Shown here in pieces: positions 1-9,729 of a stretch of 64,000 nucleotides of DNA (within the stretch, counting starts at the first letter, position 1; each line of letters starts with the position of its first letter). Position numbers and translations under genes: made by a program. Source of the DNA: Candidatus Latescibacterota bacterium. GTDB lineage: Bacteria; Latescibacterota; UBA2968; UBA8231. The notes under the pieces are model-generated. The model did not search any database. It worked only from the letters and a program-made list of their open reading frames with translations, and had not been told where the DNA came from. Where the stretch lies: assembly GCA_964291625.2 (NCBI GenBank), contig OZ220089.1:3904001-3968000 (forward strand), given 5' to 3'.

Positions 1-1383
1 CACGTAGAGCACGTTCGTTCCCGGCACCAGGGCCGCGCCGTTCCAGTCCGTGGCGCCCTGGCCCCCGGGCAGGGTCAGGGTGCCACGCTCGGAGGGCGGC
101 GTGTACAGGGGCCCGTGCTCGAACTGGCGCAGATGTTCCAGGGCCCTGCGCCTCAACTCGGGCGTGAAGTCGATGAGGTCTTCCTCCTGCAGGCCCTGGT
201 AATCGTATGGCGCGGGCCGGGTGGGGAAGGGCTGGGTGGGCCAGCTCCTCTCGCCGGGGACCTTCGACACCGGCACCGGGCGTTCCTCGATCGGCCAGAC
301 CGGCTCCCCCGTGGTGCGGTCGAGGACATAGCAGAAGGCTTGCTTGCTCACCTGGGCCAGGGCCTTGACCGGCCTGCCGTCGACCGTGATGTCGGCCAGC
401 ACCGGCGGCGCCGACAGGTCGTAGTTCCACAGGCCGTGGTGGATCATCTGGTAGTGCCAGACCCGCATCCCCGTGGCGGCCTCGACGCAGACCAGGCTCT
501 GGCTGAAGAGGTTGGCCCCGGGGCGGTCGCCGCCGTAGTAGTTGTGGGTGGTCGCGCTGGTCGGCAGGTAGACGTGGCCCAGCTCCTCGTCGGCGCTCAT
601 GGCCGACCACACGTTGGCCTGCCCGAAGTACCGCCACGCCTCGTTCTCCCAGGTCTCGTTGCCGGGCTCCCCCTCCTGCGGCACCGTGTGGAAGATCCAG
701 AGCTGCTCGCCGGTGCGGGCGTCGAAGCCGCGCACGTCCCCCGGGGTGGAGTACTCTTCGGGGGTCTCGCTGTGCCAGTCGACGATGCCGGCGCCGACGA
801 CCACGACGCCGCGGCAGACGATGGGCGGCGAGGTGACGCAGTAGCGCTCGCGGTCGATCGGCCGCCGCAGCCCCGCGCCCAGGTCGACGAAGCCGCCCTC
901 GCCGAAGGCCGGGTCGGGGCGGCCGGTCTCGGCGTCGATGGAGTAGAGGCGGTCGTCGGCGGTGCCGTAGAACACCCGCTTCACGCCGCCGCTGCGCCAG
1001 TAGGCGACGCCGCGGGCGGTGCCGCGGTAGCCGTCGGCCTCCCAGGCCCGGGGGTCGAAGGCCCACAGCTCCTCGCCGCTGGCCGGGTCGACGGCGCAGA
1101 GGATGTTGAAGGGGGAGCCGTAGTAGAGGACACCGTCGGCCACCAGGGGCGTGCCCTTGTTCCACCTGGGGCCGAAGCCCTCGGCCTCGGCGACCGCCAG
1201 GTCGGGCGCCGTGTAGCGCCAGGCCTCCCGCAGCTGGTGGAAGTTGCCGCCGTCGATCTGCGACAGGGGCGCGAACCGGGTGCTGGCGGCGTCGGCGGCG
1301 TACGAGGACCACTCCCAGCCGCGGGCTGCGCAGGGGGCCAGGAGAAGCAAGGCCGCAAGGCATGGTGTGACTGCAGAGCGCAT
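1..1383 (-). CDS. PQQ-dependent (glucose/quinate-type) dehydrogenase, paralog 1; 3' end runs off the window
   Basis: ATG at 1383 reads MRSAVTPCLAALLLLAPCAARGWEWSSYAADAASTRFAP. Near-collinear with the 1413..3347 gene (TPLVADGVLY, HGLWNYD). Absent from the ORF track because it is open at the left edge. Confidence 0.9.
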   Translation of the reverse strand, partial: MRSAVTPCLAALLLLAPCAARGWEWSSYAADAASTRFAPLSQIDGGNFHQLREAWRYTAPDLAVAEAEGFGPRWNKGTPLVADGVLYYGSPFNILCAVDPASGEELWAFDPRAWEADGYRGTARGVAYWRSGGVKRVFYGTADDRLYSIDAETGRPDPAFGEGGFVDLGAGLRRPIDRERYCVTSPPIVCRGVVVVGAGIVDWHSETPEEYSTPGDVRGFDARTGEQLWIFHTVPQEGEPGNETWENEAWRYFGQANVWSAMSADEELGHVYLPTSATTHNYYGGDRPGANLFSQSLVCVEAATGMRVWHYQMIHHGLWNYDLSAPPVLADITVDGRPVKALAQVSKQAFCYVLDRTTGEPVWPIEERPVPVSKVPGERSWPTQPFPTRPAPYDYQGLQEEDLIDFTPELRRRALEHLRQFEHGPLYTPPSERGTLTLPGGQGATDWNGAALVPGTNVLYV

Positions 1384-1412
1384 GGGCGGCTCCACCGTCA
1401 CCGGCGCTTCGA

Positions 1413-3347
1413 TCACGGGTCTCCCTCCGGCAGCGCCAGGGCCAGCAACTCCGGCGCCCACCGGTCGCCGTTGACGGGGATGACCAGGTACTGGCGCCCG
1501 TCCACCATGTAGCTCATGGGGTGGCCGCCGGGCTGGTCCTGGAGCTTCAGCTCCGCCAGGACCGCCCCCGTCTCCAGGTCGAAGGCCCGCAGACGGGGGG
1601 CCCGCTCGACGAAGGCCTCGGGGAGCCAGAGCAGCCCGCGAGTGCTCCCGGTGGCCAGGACCAGGACCGTCTCGGTGGCCAGCGGATAGCTGCGGTCGAC
1701 CCAGCCGAGGGGCGGCAGGTCGAGGCCGCGCAGGGCCGGATGGTTGACCGGACCCTCGCCGACCGGGCTCATCCACAGGTGCTCTCCCGAGTCCAGGTCG
1801 ATGGCGGTGACCCGGCCGTAGGGGGGCTTCACCAGCGGCAGGCCGTCGACGTGGTCATCGCCCCCCGTGAAGCTGGCGTAGTCCGAGACGCGGAAGGGAC
1901 GCACGAGGCCGCCCAGGGCTCCCACCTTCTCCACGCGGACGATGTCGATCTCGATGCTGGAGGGGACGTAGAGCACGTTCGTTCCCGGCGCGAGGGCCGG
2001 GCCGTTCCAGTCGGTGGCGCCCCAGCCTCCGGGCAGGACCACCGTGCCCCGCTCGGAGGGCGGCGTGAACAGGGGCCCGTGCTCGAACCGGCGGAGACGG
2101 TCCAGGGCCCTGCGCCTCAGCTCGGGCGTGAAGTCGATGAGGTCCTCTTCCTGCAGGCCCTGGCGGTCGTAGGGCGCTGGCCGGGTGGGGAAGGGCTGGG
2201 TGGGCCAGCTCCTCTCGCCGGGGACCTTCGACACCGGCACCGGGCGTTCCTCGATGGGCCAGACCGGCTCCCCCGTGGTCCGGTCGAGGACGTAGCAGAA
2301 GGCCTGCTTGCTCACTTGGGCCAGGGCCTTGATCCGCCTGCCGTCCACGGTGATGTCGGCCAGCACCGGCGGCGCCGACAGGTCGTAGTTCCACAGGCCG
2401 TGGTGCACGAACTGGTAGTGCCAGACACGCCTGCCGGTGGCGGCCTCCAGGCAGACCAGGCTCTGGCTGAAGAGGTTGGCCCCGGGACGGTCGCCGCCGT
2501 AGTAGTTGTGGGTGGTCGCGCTCGTCGGCAGATAGACGTAGCCCAGCTCCGGGTCGGCGCTCATGGCCGACCACACGTTGGCCTGCCCGAAGGTTCGCCA
2601 GGCCTCGTTCTCCCAGGTCTCGTTGCCGGCCTCGCCCTCCTGCGGCACCGTGTGGAAGACCCAGAGCTGCTCGCCGGTGCGGGCGTCGAAGCCGCGCACG
2701 TCGCCCGGGGTGGCGTACTCTTCGGGGGGCTTCGCGTGCCAGTCGACGATGCCGGAGCCGACCACCACCACGCCGCGGCAGACGATGGGCGGCGAGGTGA
2801 CGCAGTAGCGCTCGCGGTCGATGGGCCGCCGCAGGCCCTCGCCCAGATCGACGAAGCCGCCCTCGCCGAAGGCCGGGTCGGGGCGGCCGGTCTCGGCGTC
2901 GATGGAGTAGAGGCGATCGGTGGCGGTGCCGTAGAACACCCGCTTCACCCCGCCGCTGCGCCAGTAGGCGACGCCGCGGGAGGTGCCGCGGAAGCCGTTG
3001 TCCTCCCAGGCCCGGGGGTCGAAGGTCCACAGCTCCTCGCCGCTGGCCGGGTCGACGGCGCACAGGACGTTGAAGGGGGAGCCGTAGTAGAGGACACCGT
3101 CGGCCACCAGGGGCGTGCCCTTGTTCTGGTAGACCCCCGGGCCACCGGCCGCGGCGATCACCTTGTCGGGCGCGGTGTAGCGCCAGACCTCCCGCAGCTG
3201 GTGGAAGTTGCCGCCGTCGATCTGCGACAGGGGCGCGAACCGGGTGCTGGCGGCGTCGGCGGCATAGGCGGACCATTCCCAGGCGCGGGCAGCGCCGGCG
3301 GCCAGGAGCAGCAGCGCCGCAAGGCAGGGTATCCTGAGGCCACTCAT
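1413..3347 (-). CDS. PQQ-binding beta-propeller dehydrogenase, paralog 2, with signal peptide
   Basis: PQQ-GDH motifs TPLVADGVLY, GDVRGFDARTGEQLW, ANVWSAMSADPELG, HHGLWNYD, PMSYMVDGRQY. Start set at ATG 3347; the ORF track extends to 3374. Confidence 0.9.
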   Translation of the reverse strand: MSGLRIPCLAALLLLAAGAARAWEWSAYAADAASTRFAPLSQIDGGNFHQLREVWRYTAPDKVIAAAGGPGVYQNKGTPLVADGVLYYGSPFNVLCAVDPASGEELWTFDPRAWEDNGFRGTSRGVAYWRSGGVKRVFYGTATDRLYSIDAETGRPDPAFGEGGFVDLGEGLRRPIDRERYCVTSPPIVCRGVVVVGSGIVDWHAKPPEEYATPGDVRGFDARTGEQLWVFHTVPQEGEAGNETWENEAWRTFGQANVWSAMSADPELGYVYLPTSATTHNYYGGDRPGANLFSQSLVCLEAATGRRVWHYQFVHHGLWNYDLSAPPVLADITVDGRRIKALAQVSKQAFCYVLDRTTGEPVWPIEERPVPVSKVPGERSWPTQPFPTRPAPYDRQGLQEEDLIDFTPELRRRALDRLRRFEHGPLFTPPSERGTVVLPGGWGATDWNGPALAPGTNVLYVPSSIEIDIVRVEKVGALGGLVRPFRVSDYASFTGGDDHVDGLPLVKPPYGRVTAIDLDSGEHLWMSPVGEGPVNHPALRGLDLPPLGWVDRSYPLATETVLVLATGSTRGLLWLPEAFVERAPRLRAFDLETGAVLAELKLQDQPGGHPMSYMVDGRQYLVIPVNGDRWAPELLALALPEGDP

Positions 3348-3361
3348 CGGAGGACGATTCA

Positions 3362-4402
3362 ATGCAGAACGCATGGGCGGGCGTGGAAGAGAGCGATCTC
3401 GCGATCCGAATCGAGACCGACCAACTCGAGGCCGTCATACCCAGGAGGGACCCCAGGCAGTGGATGACCGGCATCGAGAAGGGATCGTTCGTCGACAAGG
3501 CCACCGGCTTCCGGGAGATCGGCGACGGCCTGATGGTCGTCGACTGGCTCATGGAAGCGGGCAGCGACGAGGACTACGGCGACCGGGTGATCGCCCCGGA
3601 CGGACACGGTGTCGGCCGGTACTCGTGGTACGAGAACGAGACCGACCCGGGGCGGCGCTACTACACGCGCATGTCTCACGGCAGCAGCCACCGCAAGCGC
3701 ATGGTCGAGGGGCCGCAGCTCTGTCACCGGATGAAGCCCGTCCAGCCGGAGGTGATCCACGCGGCGGAGTTCGTCGCCGTCACGACCACCTGCCGGTTCG
3801 AGTACGCCGCCCCCGGCCGCAAGACCGGGTCGCGCTGGACGCAGCGGATCGTCTTTCCCCGGGGGGAGCGGTTCTTCGTCCTCATGGACCGGATCGACAG
3901 CGTCAACGATTCGCCGGAGATGTTTCTGCGCAACGACACGCCGGGATGCGTCCGCCACGAGAGAGGGGATACGTTCAGCGAGATCTACCTCAGCTATCTC
4001 GGCGGTCCCAAGGGGGTGCGCATCCCGTCCGGCGAGTTCTTCACCCCCTTCCCGCCGGACCTGAAGTTCGGCTACCGCCGGGACCTGAACCGGACGCCGG
4101 AGCACTTCATTCGTGCATACCATACGCGGGACAGCCGGACGGGTGAGCAAGGTCCCTGGCTGGCGGGGTTGACCCTCGAGCCGTCCGTGGTCTACGAGGC
4201 GTGGTGCAGCCAGCGGCCCGGCGGCATCATCGTCATGATCGAGGAGATTCACGGGAAGCCGGTAAAGGCGGGCGACTCCTTCGGTGCGGCCCACATCGTC
4301 GGCTGGTTCGACACGATCGAGGAGATGCACCGGATCTTCGACCGGTACAGGGGACACACCGCGCTGGCCGCTGACGCCTCGGGCTGGCAGCTGGTGAGAT
4401 AG
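3362..4402 (+). CDS. conserved hypothetical protein
   Basis: 346-aa ORF with typical GC3-rich codons and SD GGAGGA at 3349-3354. No recognisable motif. Confidence 0.75.
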   Translation: MQNAWAGVEESDLAIRIETDQLEAVIPRRDPRQWMTGIEKGSFVDKATGFREIGDGLMVVDWLMEAGSDEDYGDRVIAPDGHGVGRYSWYENETDPGRRYYTRMSHGSSHRKRMVEGPQLCHRMKPVQPEVIHAAEFVAVTTTCRFEYAAPGRKTGSRWTQRIVFPRGERFFVLMDRIDSVNDSPEMFLRNDTPGCVRHERGDTFSEIYLSYLGGPKGVRIPSGEFFTPFPPDLKFGYRRDLNRTPEHFIRAYHTRDSRTGEQGPWLAGLTLEPSVVYEAWCSQRPGGIIVMIEEIHGKPVKAGDSFGAAHIVGWFDTIEEMHRIFDRYRGHTALAADASGWQLVR

Positions 4403-4408
4403 GATCCG

Positions 4409-5134
4409 TTACCCGGTCTCTTCGAGAGCTGCCTTCAGCCGGGCCGGGTAGTTCGTCAGGATCCCGTCGACGCCGATGTCGATGAAGGCCCGCATGTCTT
4501 CGGGGGTATCCGCGTAGAAGACGTGCACGATGCGTCCCGCCTCGTGCGCCTTCCGCACGAACTCCGCCGTCGTGATGTCCCGCCCCGGCTGCATCGTCCG
4601 CAGCCCCATCTCCGCCGACTTCCGGATGTACTCCTCCGGCGTGCGGCTGCCGCGGAAGATCCGGCACTCGATCCGGGGGTCGATCCCGGCGAAGATGCCG
4701 ACGCTTTCATCACGGCACGTCACGACCGACCTCTCCACCATCCCGAAGCGGTCCATCGCCTCGGCAACCCTGCGCTCATAGGCGCCATCCGGGTCGCCCC
4801 CCTCCTTGAGGTGGACGTTGAGTCCAACCCTCCCCTGCACGAAGTCCAACGCCTCTTCCCACGTCGGCACACGTTCGCCCCGGAACCGTCCATCGAAGGC
4901 GCTTCCCGCATCGAGGGCCTTGATCTCGGCCACCGTCATCTCCGCGATGGCGCCCGTGCCGTCGGTGGTCCGATCCACCGTCGCATCGTGCATGATGACG
5001 AGATGGCCGTCCTTCGTCGAGTGGAGGTCGAGCTCGATCTCGTCGACACCGATCTCCAAGGCCTTCTCAAATGCGAGCAGCGTGTTCTCGGGGTAGTCTC
5101 CCGACGCCCCACGGTGGGCCACATTGACAACCAT
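4409..5134 (-). CDS. glycerophosphodiester phosphodiesterase family protein
   Basis: AHRGASGDYPENT, IELDLH, HDATVDRTT, GVDGILTNYP. True start at ATG 5134 inside the longer tracked ORF. Confidence 0.92.
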   Translation of the reverse strand: MVVNVAHRGASGDYPENTLLAFEKALEIGVDEIELDLHSTKDGHLVIMHDATVDRTTDGTGAIAEMTVAEIKALDAGSAFDGRFRGERVPTWEEALDFVQGRVGLNVHLKEGGDPDGAYERRVAEAMDRFGMVERSVVTCRDESVGIFAGIDPRIECRIFRGSRTPEEYIRKSAEMGLRTMQPGRDITTAEFVRKAHEAGRIVHVFYADTPEDMRAFIDIGVDGILTNYPARLKAALEETG

Positions 5135-5142
5135 CGCTCCTC

Positions 5143-6105
5143 CTACAGACGCGTGATGTCGACGCGGACGGGGATGGCGCTGGTCCAGGCCCGGCGCCCG
5201 TTCTCCTGCTCCACGCACGCGAAGACCCAGTCCTGCATGCGGTAGCCGTCCACGGTCAGGTCGACCTCGAACCGCTCGGCCGGCGTCTTCGACTGGACGC
5301 TGCGGACACCGAAGCCGATCGAGCGGACGTGGCACGCCGTGCACGGGCTGCACTCGACGACGATCGCTCCCCGCGGCTCCAGGCGGACAGCGCGGATCTC
5401 GGGACCCTCGCTGGCATAGGTGCGGTGGGCCCGGACCGCCTCCAGGACTCCCGCCGCGCCGGGGCGGCGGACGAGCACCCCCGTCCACGTCTGTCCGGTC
5501 ACGGCCGCGTCCTCCAGCACGGTCGCATCGTCCACGCCGATGGCGGGCAACCGGGCCCCGGCGTTGAGGAGCATCTGCCACAGCTCCTCGGCCCGCTCCT
5601 TGCCGTTGATCTGCCACGACAGGCGGTTGCTCAGCTCGAAACCCGCAAGGCCGGAACGGGCCAGGGTGAGGGCCCTCTCCCAGGTATAGCCGCTCCAGGC
5701 CGGATGGGGGAGCGTGGCCAGACCGCCCTGGGCCTCGGTCTCCCGCGCCAGCCGGGCGACATCCTCCACCGTGCCGTCGAGGGGCCGCGGCACCTCTCGC
5801 AGGCCCAGGCAGATGATGTGCATCAGGTCGTCGTATTCCGGCCAGAAGACCTCCGCTCCCGGGATCGTGAAGAAGGACTCCGTCGCCTCGGGCATGGGCG
5901 TGATGCTGAGATAGTCGGTCGTGGCGAGGAAGTCGAAGCCCATCGCTCGATAGTGATCGCAGACCGCTTCGGGCTCGCCCATCTGCGCCACGTGGCTGTG
6001 GAGGCCGCCCCGGAGCCACCGTCCCCCGCCCTCGAACTGGTTGTCGGCGTCGACGGCCAGCCGGATCGGCCCCACCTTGTCCCGCCCTTCAATCTCGAAG
6101 GTCAT
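5143..6105 (-). CDS. PHP-domain metallohydrolase (CehA/McbA-like)
   Basis: WLRGGLHSH, DFLATTDY, IPGAE, PHP, GVDDA, AWTSAI. ATGA overlap with the upstream gene. Confidence 0.8.
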   Translation of the reverse strand: MTFEIEGRDKVGPIRLAVDADNQFEGGGRWLRGGLHSHVAQMGEPEAVCDHYRAMGFDFLATTDYLSITPMPEATESFFTIPGAEVFWPEYDDLMHIICLGLREVPRPLDGTVEDVARLARETEAQGGLATLPHPAWSGYTWERALTLARSGLAGFELSNRLSWQINGKERAEELWQMLLNAGARLPAIGVDDATVLEDAAVTGQTWTGVLVRRPGAAGVLEAVRAHRTYASEGPEIRAVRLEPRGAIVVECSPCTACHVRSIGFGVRSVQSKTPAERFEVDLTVDGYRMQDWVFACVEQENGRRAWTSAIPVRVDITRL

Positions 6106-7142
6106 GAGAATGGCCTCCTCAGCGGCGCCGTCCTCTCCGCCTTGTCGTACCACCCCTGGGGCGCGTAGTCGCTCATGTGGAGGTAGCACTTGATGTTGAC
6201 CTCCGCCGCCCCTTCGCAGAAGGTCAACAGCCGGCTCATGGAGACGTTCCTGCGGCCGTGGTATCTCGAAATCGCCGCCACGTTGACGAAGGTCACCCCC
6301 CACTTCCGCTCCACGTGGGACCGGCCGCCGTGTGTGTCATCCGGGTTCGTGTGGGTATGCCCTCCCAGCCACAGGTCGATCGCCCCCGGGTTCGCCTCCA
6401 GCCAGGACTCGAAGGCCCCCGCGTCGGGCTCTCCTCCCACGAAATGGAGATACGATGCGCCGATGGGGGCCCCGTCCTCGAAGCGGCCGTGGTAGCCGCC
6501 GTCGACCCCCTCCCAGGGGCCGGAGGCCACTGTCGTCTCCTTCAGCATGTGATGGTGGGCGGTTACGATGATCCGGTCCTGGTGCGCTTCGACCTGCTGT
6601 CGCCACCACTCGAAGGTCTCCCGCGTCACGGCGCCCGCGGGATATCCGCCTCTCTCGCCCCGCCCGACCGGAGGCCCGCCGTCGTTGCGGTCGCCCATGG
6701 CCAGAAAGAGGATGTTCCCCACCTGGAAGGAATACCGCTCCCAGGTCCCTTCCACCGGCCAGGGCCGCCGGTGGGCGTGAACGCCGGAGTGCTCGCTGTT
6801 CTCCCCGGTGGGATCGACCCACTTGCGGAACCACCACTGGCAGGGCTCGTCCGGGCCGCTGGCGTCGTGGTTGCCGACGATGTTGTAGAAGTCCTCCCGG
6901 GGATGCAGGGTCGAGACGCCGTACTGCCGCACCACCTCTTCTCCCTCCTCGTCGTCCGGCGGCGTCTGCGACCCCGACAGGTCCCCGATGTCGAGCATGA
7001 TGTCCCACTCGAAGGGAGGACCGCCGTCGGCGCCGCCCCCTTCGGCCTGCAGGATCGCCTCGGCAAGACTGCGGCGGCCACCGCGCCCCAGGTCCGTGCC
7101 CACGTGCGCATCCCCGCCCGCCCACAGCCGCAAGGTCCTCAT
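6102..7142 (-). CDS. calcineurin-like metallophosphoesterase
   Basis: DAH, GD, GNHD, HH and GHTH motifs. Start at ATG 7142 overlaps the upstream stop. Confidence 0.88.
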   Translation of the reverse strand: MRTLRLWAGGDAHVGTDLGRGGRRSLAEAILQAEGGGADGGPPFEWDIMLDIGDLSGSQTPPDDEEGEEVVRQYGVSTLHPREDFYNIVGNHDASGPDEPCQWWFRKWVDPTGENSEHSGVHAHRRPWPVEGTWERYSFQVGNILFLAMGDRNDGGPPVGRGERGGYPAGAVTRETFEWWRQQVEAHQDRIIVTAHHHMLKETTVASGPWEGVDGGYHGRFEDGAPIGASYLHFVGGEPDAGAFESWLEANPGAIDLWLGGHTHTNPDDTHGGRSHVERKWGVTFVNVAAISRYHGRRNVSMSRLLTFCEGAAEVNIKCYLHMSDYAPQGWYDKAERTAPLRRPFS

Positions 7143-8503
7143 GACAGTTTCCGGAACACGAAGGCCCCCAACTCGTAGCTGATCGCCCTGTCCTCGTCGA
7201 AGGAGAAGAGGGCTGTCTCTCCCGTGGCCCGGCCGCCGCGGACGAGCCACTCCTCCGCCTTGTCCGTCGGGTCGAGGACGGCCGGGGCGTGCAGGGCGAG
7301 GGCACCGCCGTGGGGGACCAGCCGCAGGGCGCCGTCGCGCCACTCGATGTTCACGTCGATCCCCGGCTCGGCGCGGTAGTGGCCGAGGAATCGCCGCAGT
7401 GCCTCCGGCGTCGGTTCGAGCTTCGTCGGCTCGGGGACGGACGGCGCCGCCTCGTCGGCGTTCAGGACCATCTCGAGGACCTCCTGCGCCGTCTCGAGGC
7501 CGCCGTGGGGGGGCCACATGTTGATGAGCAGCACCACGCCCGTGCGAGCCGGAACGTTGTACCACACCTGCGTCCCGAAGCCGTGGATGCCGCCGCCGTG
7601 ATTGTGGTAGACGCGGTCGCCGATGCGGGTGGCGCGCCAGCCCAGGCACTGGCCCGCGGACCAGTCGGGCTCGACGTATTGCGGTTGCTGAATCTCCACC
7701 AGTGTCTCGGCCTTGAGCACCCGCGCGTCGCCGTGGAACTGGAAGGAGATCCACCTCGCCAGGTCGCTCACCGTGGAGTGCAGCTGGCCCGCCGACGAGA
7801 TCCCGTTGAGGTGGGCGTAGGGGGCGCGCTCGGGGCGGTCCTGCAAGGGGGACGGGTTGTAGCCGGTGAAGAAGCGGGGGCGCAGCTCGTCGGTGAGGTC
7901 GAAGACCGTGGAGGTCAACCCGAGGGGCTCGATGATGTTGGTGTGTACGTACTCCGTGTATGGCGTGCCGGTGACCCGGTAGACCACCTCGCCGAGGAGG
8001 CCGAAGGCGAGGTTGGAGTACTTGAAGGCCGAGTCCTGGGCGATGACGATCCCCGTCTCCGGCAGCCTGGCCAGCATCTCCTCCCGGCTGGGGAAGTCGA
8101 GGGCGTCCCAGCCCTGCGTCGGAGACTCGGTGACCAGTCCCGAGCGGTGGGTCAGCAGGCGCCGCAGCGTCACCCCTTCCACGTCGCCGCCGACGGCGCG
8201 GGCCTCGGCGAACTCGGGGACGTGCCTGGCCAGCGGGTCCTCCAGCGTGAGCCGGCCCTCGTCCCGCAACCGCAGGATCGCCGTGGCGGTGAAGGTCTTG
8301 GTCACCGAGGCGACGCGGGCGATCGTCTCCTCGGTGGGCCTTGCGCCCGAGTCGAGGTCGGCCGCGCCGAAGCCGCCGAACCAGGCGAGCTCCCGGCCGC
8401 GGACGATGCCGAGGGCCATGCCGGGGAGCCTGTGCTCGGCGACCTTGGTCTGCGCCAGGGGCTCGATCCGGGGTATCAGGCCCTCCAGAACACGGTCGGT
8501 CAC
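7139..8503 (-). CDS. serine hydrolase, beta-lactamase class C / AmpC-like family
   Basis: SVTK, LLTHRSG, YSN and HGGG motifs. Confidence 0.9.
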   Translation of the reverse strand: MTDRVLEGLIPRIEPLAQTKVAEHRLPGMALGIVRGRELAWFGGFGAADLDSGARPTEETIARVASVTKTFTATAILRLRDEGRLTLEDPLARHVPEFAEARAVGGDVEGVTLRRLLTHRSGLVTESPTQGWDALDFPSREEMLARLPETGIVIAQDSAFKYSNLAFGLLGEVVYRVTGTPYTEYVHTNIIEPLGLTSTVFDLTDELRPRFFTGYNPSPLQDRPERAPYAHLNGISSAGQLHSTVSDLARWISFQFHGDARVLKAETLVEIQQPQYVEPDWSAGQCLGWRATRIGDRVYHNHGGGIHGFGTQVWYNVPARTGVVLLINMWPPHGGLETAQEVLEMVLNADEAAPSVPEPTKLEPTPEALRRFLGHYRAEPGIDVNIEWRDGALRLVPHGGALALHAPAVLDPTDKAEEWLVRGGRATGETALFSFDEDRAISYELGAFVFRKLS

Positions 8504-9729
8504 TCGGAGTCCTCCTGGGCCAGGACCGCCTCTGGAGTTCTGCCGACGAGGTGGCGGTAGACCTCCGGATCGGTGGCCCCCTCGGTCGCGATGATGACGA
8601 CACGGCTGCCGGCATCGAGTCCAAGCCGCTGCTTCAACCCTTCGTCACGGGTCGCTGCCAGGAATCCGGCCCACGCCGCGATCCCCGTCTCGCCGATGAC
8701 CAGCGGGGGATCGCCGCCGACACCGGCCGCCGCCTGGCGCATGGCATCGCCCGCCGCCTCGTCCGGGACCGTGAGAAAGGCGAAGGCGCCGCCCCTCAGG
8801 ATCTCCCACGCCTGGGGTGAGGCGGACTCGACCACCAGTCCGTCCATGACCGACCGGCCGTCCCCGCCGAGGGTCTGCGGGCTGTCTTCGAGGGCGCTGT
8901 GGTAGAGGCAGGCGGAGTTGGTGGGCTCGACGACGACGACCCGCGGATGGCCGCTCCCGTACCGCTCCCACAGGTGGCCGCAGGTGGCCGCGGCCAGGCG
9001 TCCGCCGCCGCCGGGGACGAGGAGATGCGTGGGCGGCCGGCCGCCGCTGCACTGCTTGAAGATCTCGTCGGCCACCATGGCGTAGCCCTGAATGATGTCG
9101 CGGGAGATGTGGGGGTACTGCGAGGACTTCTCGTCCGATATGGGGAAGTAGCCGAGCCTCTCGGCGTCCTCGTAGGAGCGCTGCACGGTTCGATCGTAGC
9201 TCCCCGGCACGCGCACCACCTCGGCGCCGTAGGCGGCGATCGCCTCCTCCCGGCCGGCGCTGACACCGTCGTTCATGTAGATCACGCAACGACAGCCGAA
9301 CATGCGCGCGCCCCAGGCCAGGGCCCGCCCGTGGTTCCCCGATGTCGCCGCCGAGACGGTGATCTCCCGCGTCACCGATCCATACATGCGATCCATCAGA
9401 TCCTGCGTCGTGACCGTTTCCGCTCCGGTCGCTTTCCCGACTTCACCCTTCAACACGGACAACATCGCGTAGACGGGCCCCGTCGGCTTGAAGCTGCCCA
9501 CCTCGAACCGATGCCCTTCGTGCTTGCACCACAGGCCATCGACACCGCTGGCGGAAGCGAGACCGTCCAGCGCGATCAGCGGCGTCGGCTCGTACCCGGG
9601 GAAGCGCGTCACCTCCGCCTCCACGTCGGCGAAGGCCCCGCGGTTCAGCAGCGCCTTCTGCGCCGGACCGTACTCCGGCGGAGGGTGGGCCCGCGCATTG
9701 ATGGAGAGATACGTCGGGTAGGCCCTCAT
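8500..9729 (-). CDS. diaminopropionate ammonia-lyase-like PLP enzyme (fold type II)
   Basis: PGYEPTPL, GSFK (PLP lysine), SGNHGRALAWGA, QGY, GETG, IATEGATDP. Confidence 0.82.
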   Translation of the reverse strand: MRAYPTYLSINARAHPPPEYGPAQKALLNRGAFADVEAEVTRFPGYEPTPLIALDGLASASGVDGLWCKHEGHRFEVGSFKPTGPVYAMLSVLKGEVGKATGAETVTTQDLMDRMYGSVTREITVSAATSGNHGRALAWGARMFGCRCVIYMNDGVSAGREEAIAAYGAEVVRVPGSYDRTVQRSYEDAERLGYFPISDEKSSQYPHISRDIIQGYAMVADEIFKQCSGGRPPTHLLVPGGGGRLAAATCGHLWERYGSGHPRVVVVEPTNSACLYHSALEDSPQTLGGDGRSVMDGLVVESASPQAWEILRGGAFAFLTVPDEAAGDAMRQAAAGVGGDPPLVIGETGIAAWAGFLAATRDEGLKQRLGLDAGSRVVIIATEGATDPEVYRHLVGRTPEAVLAQEDSE

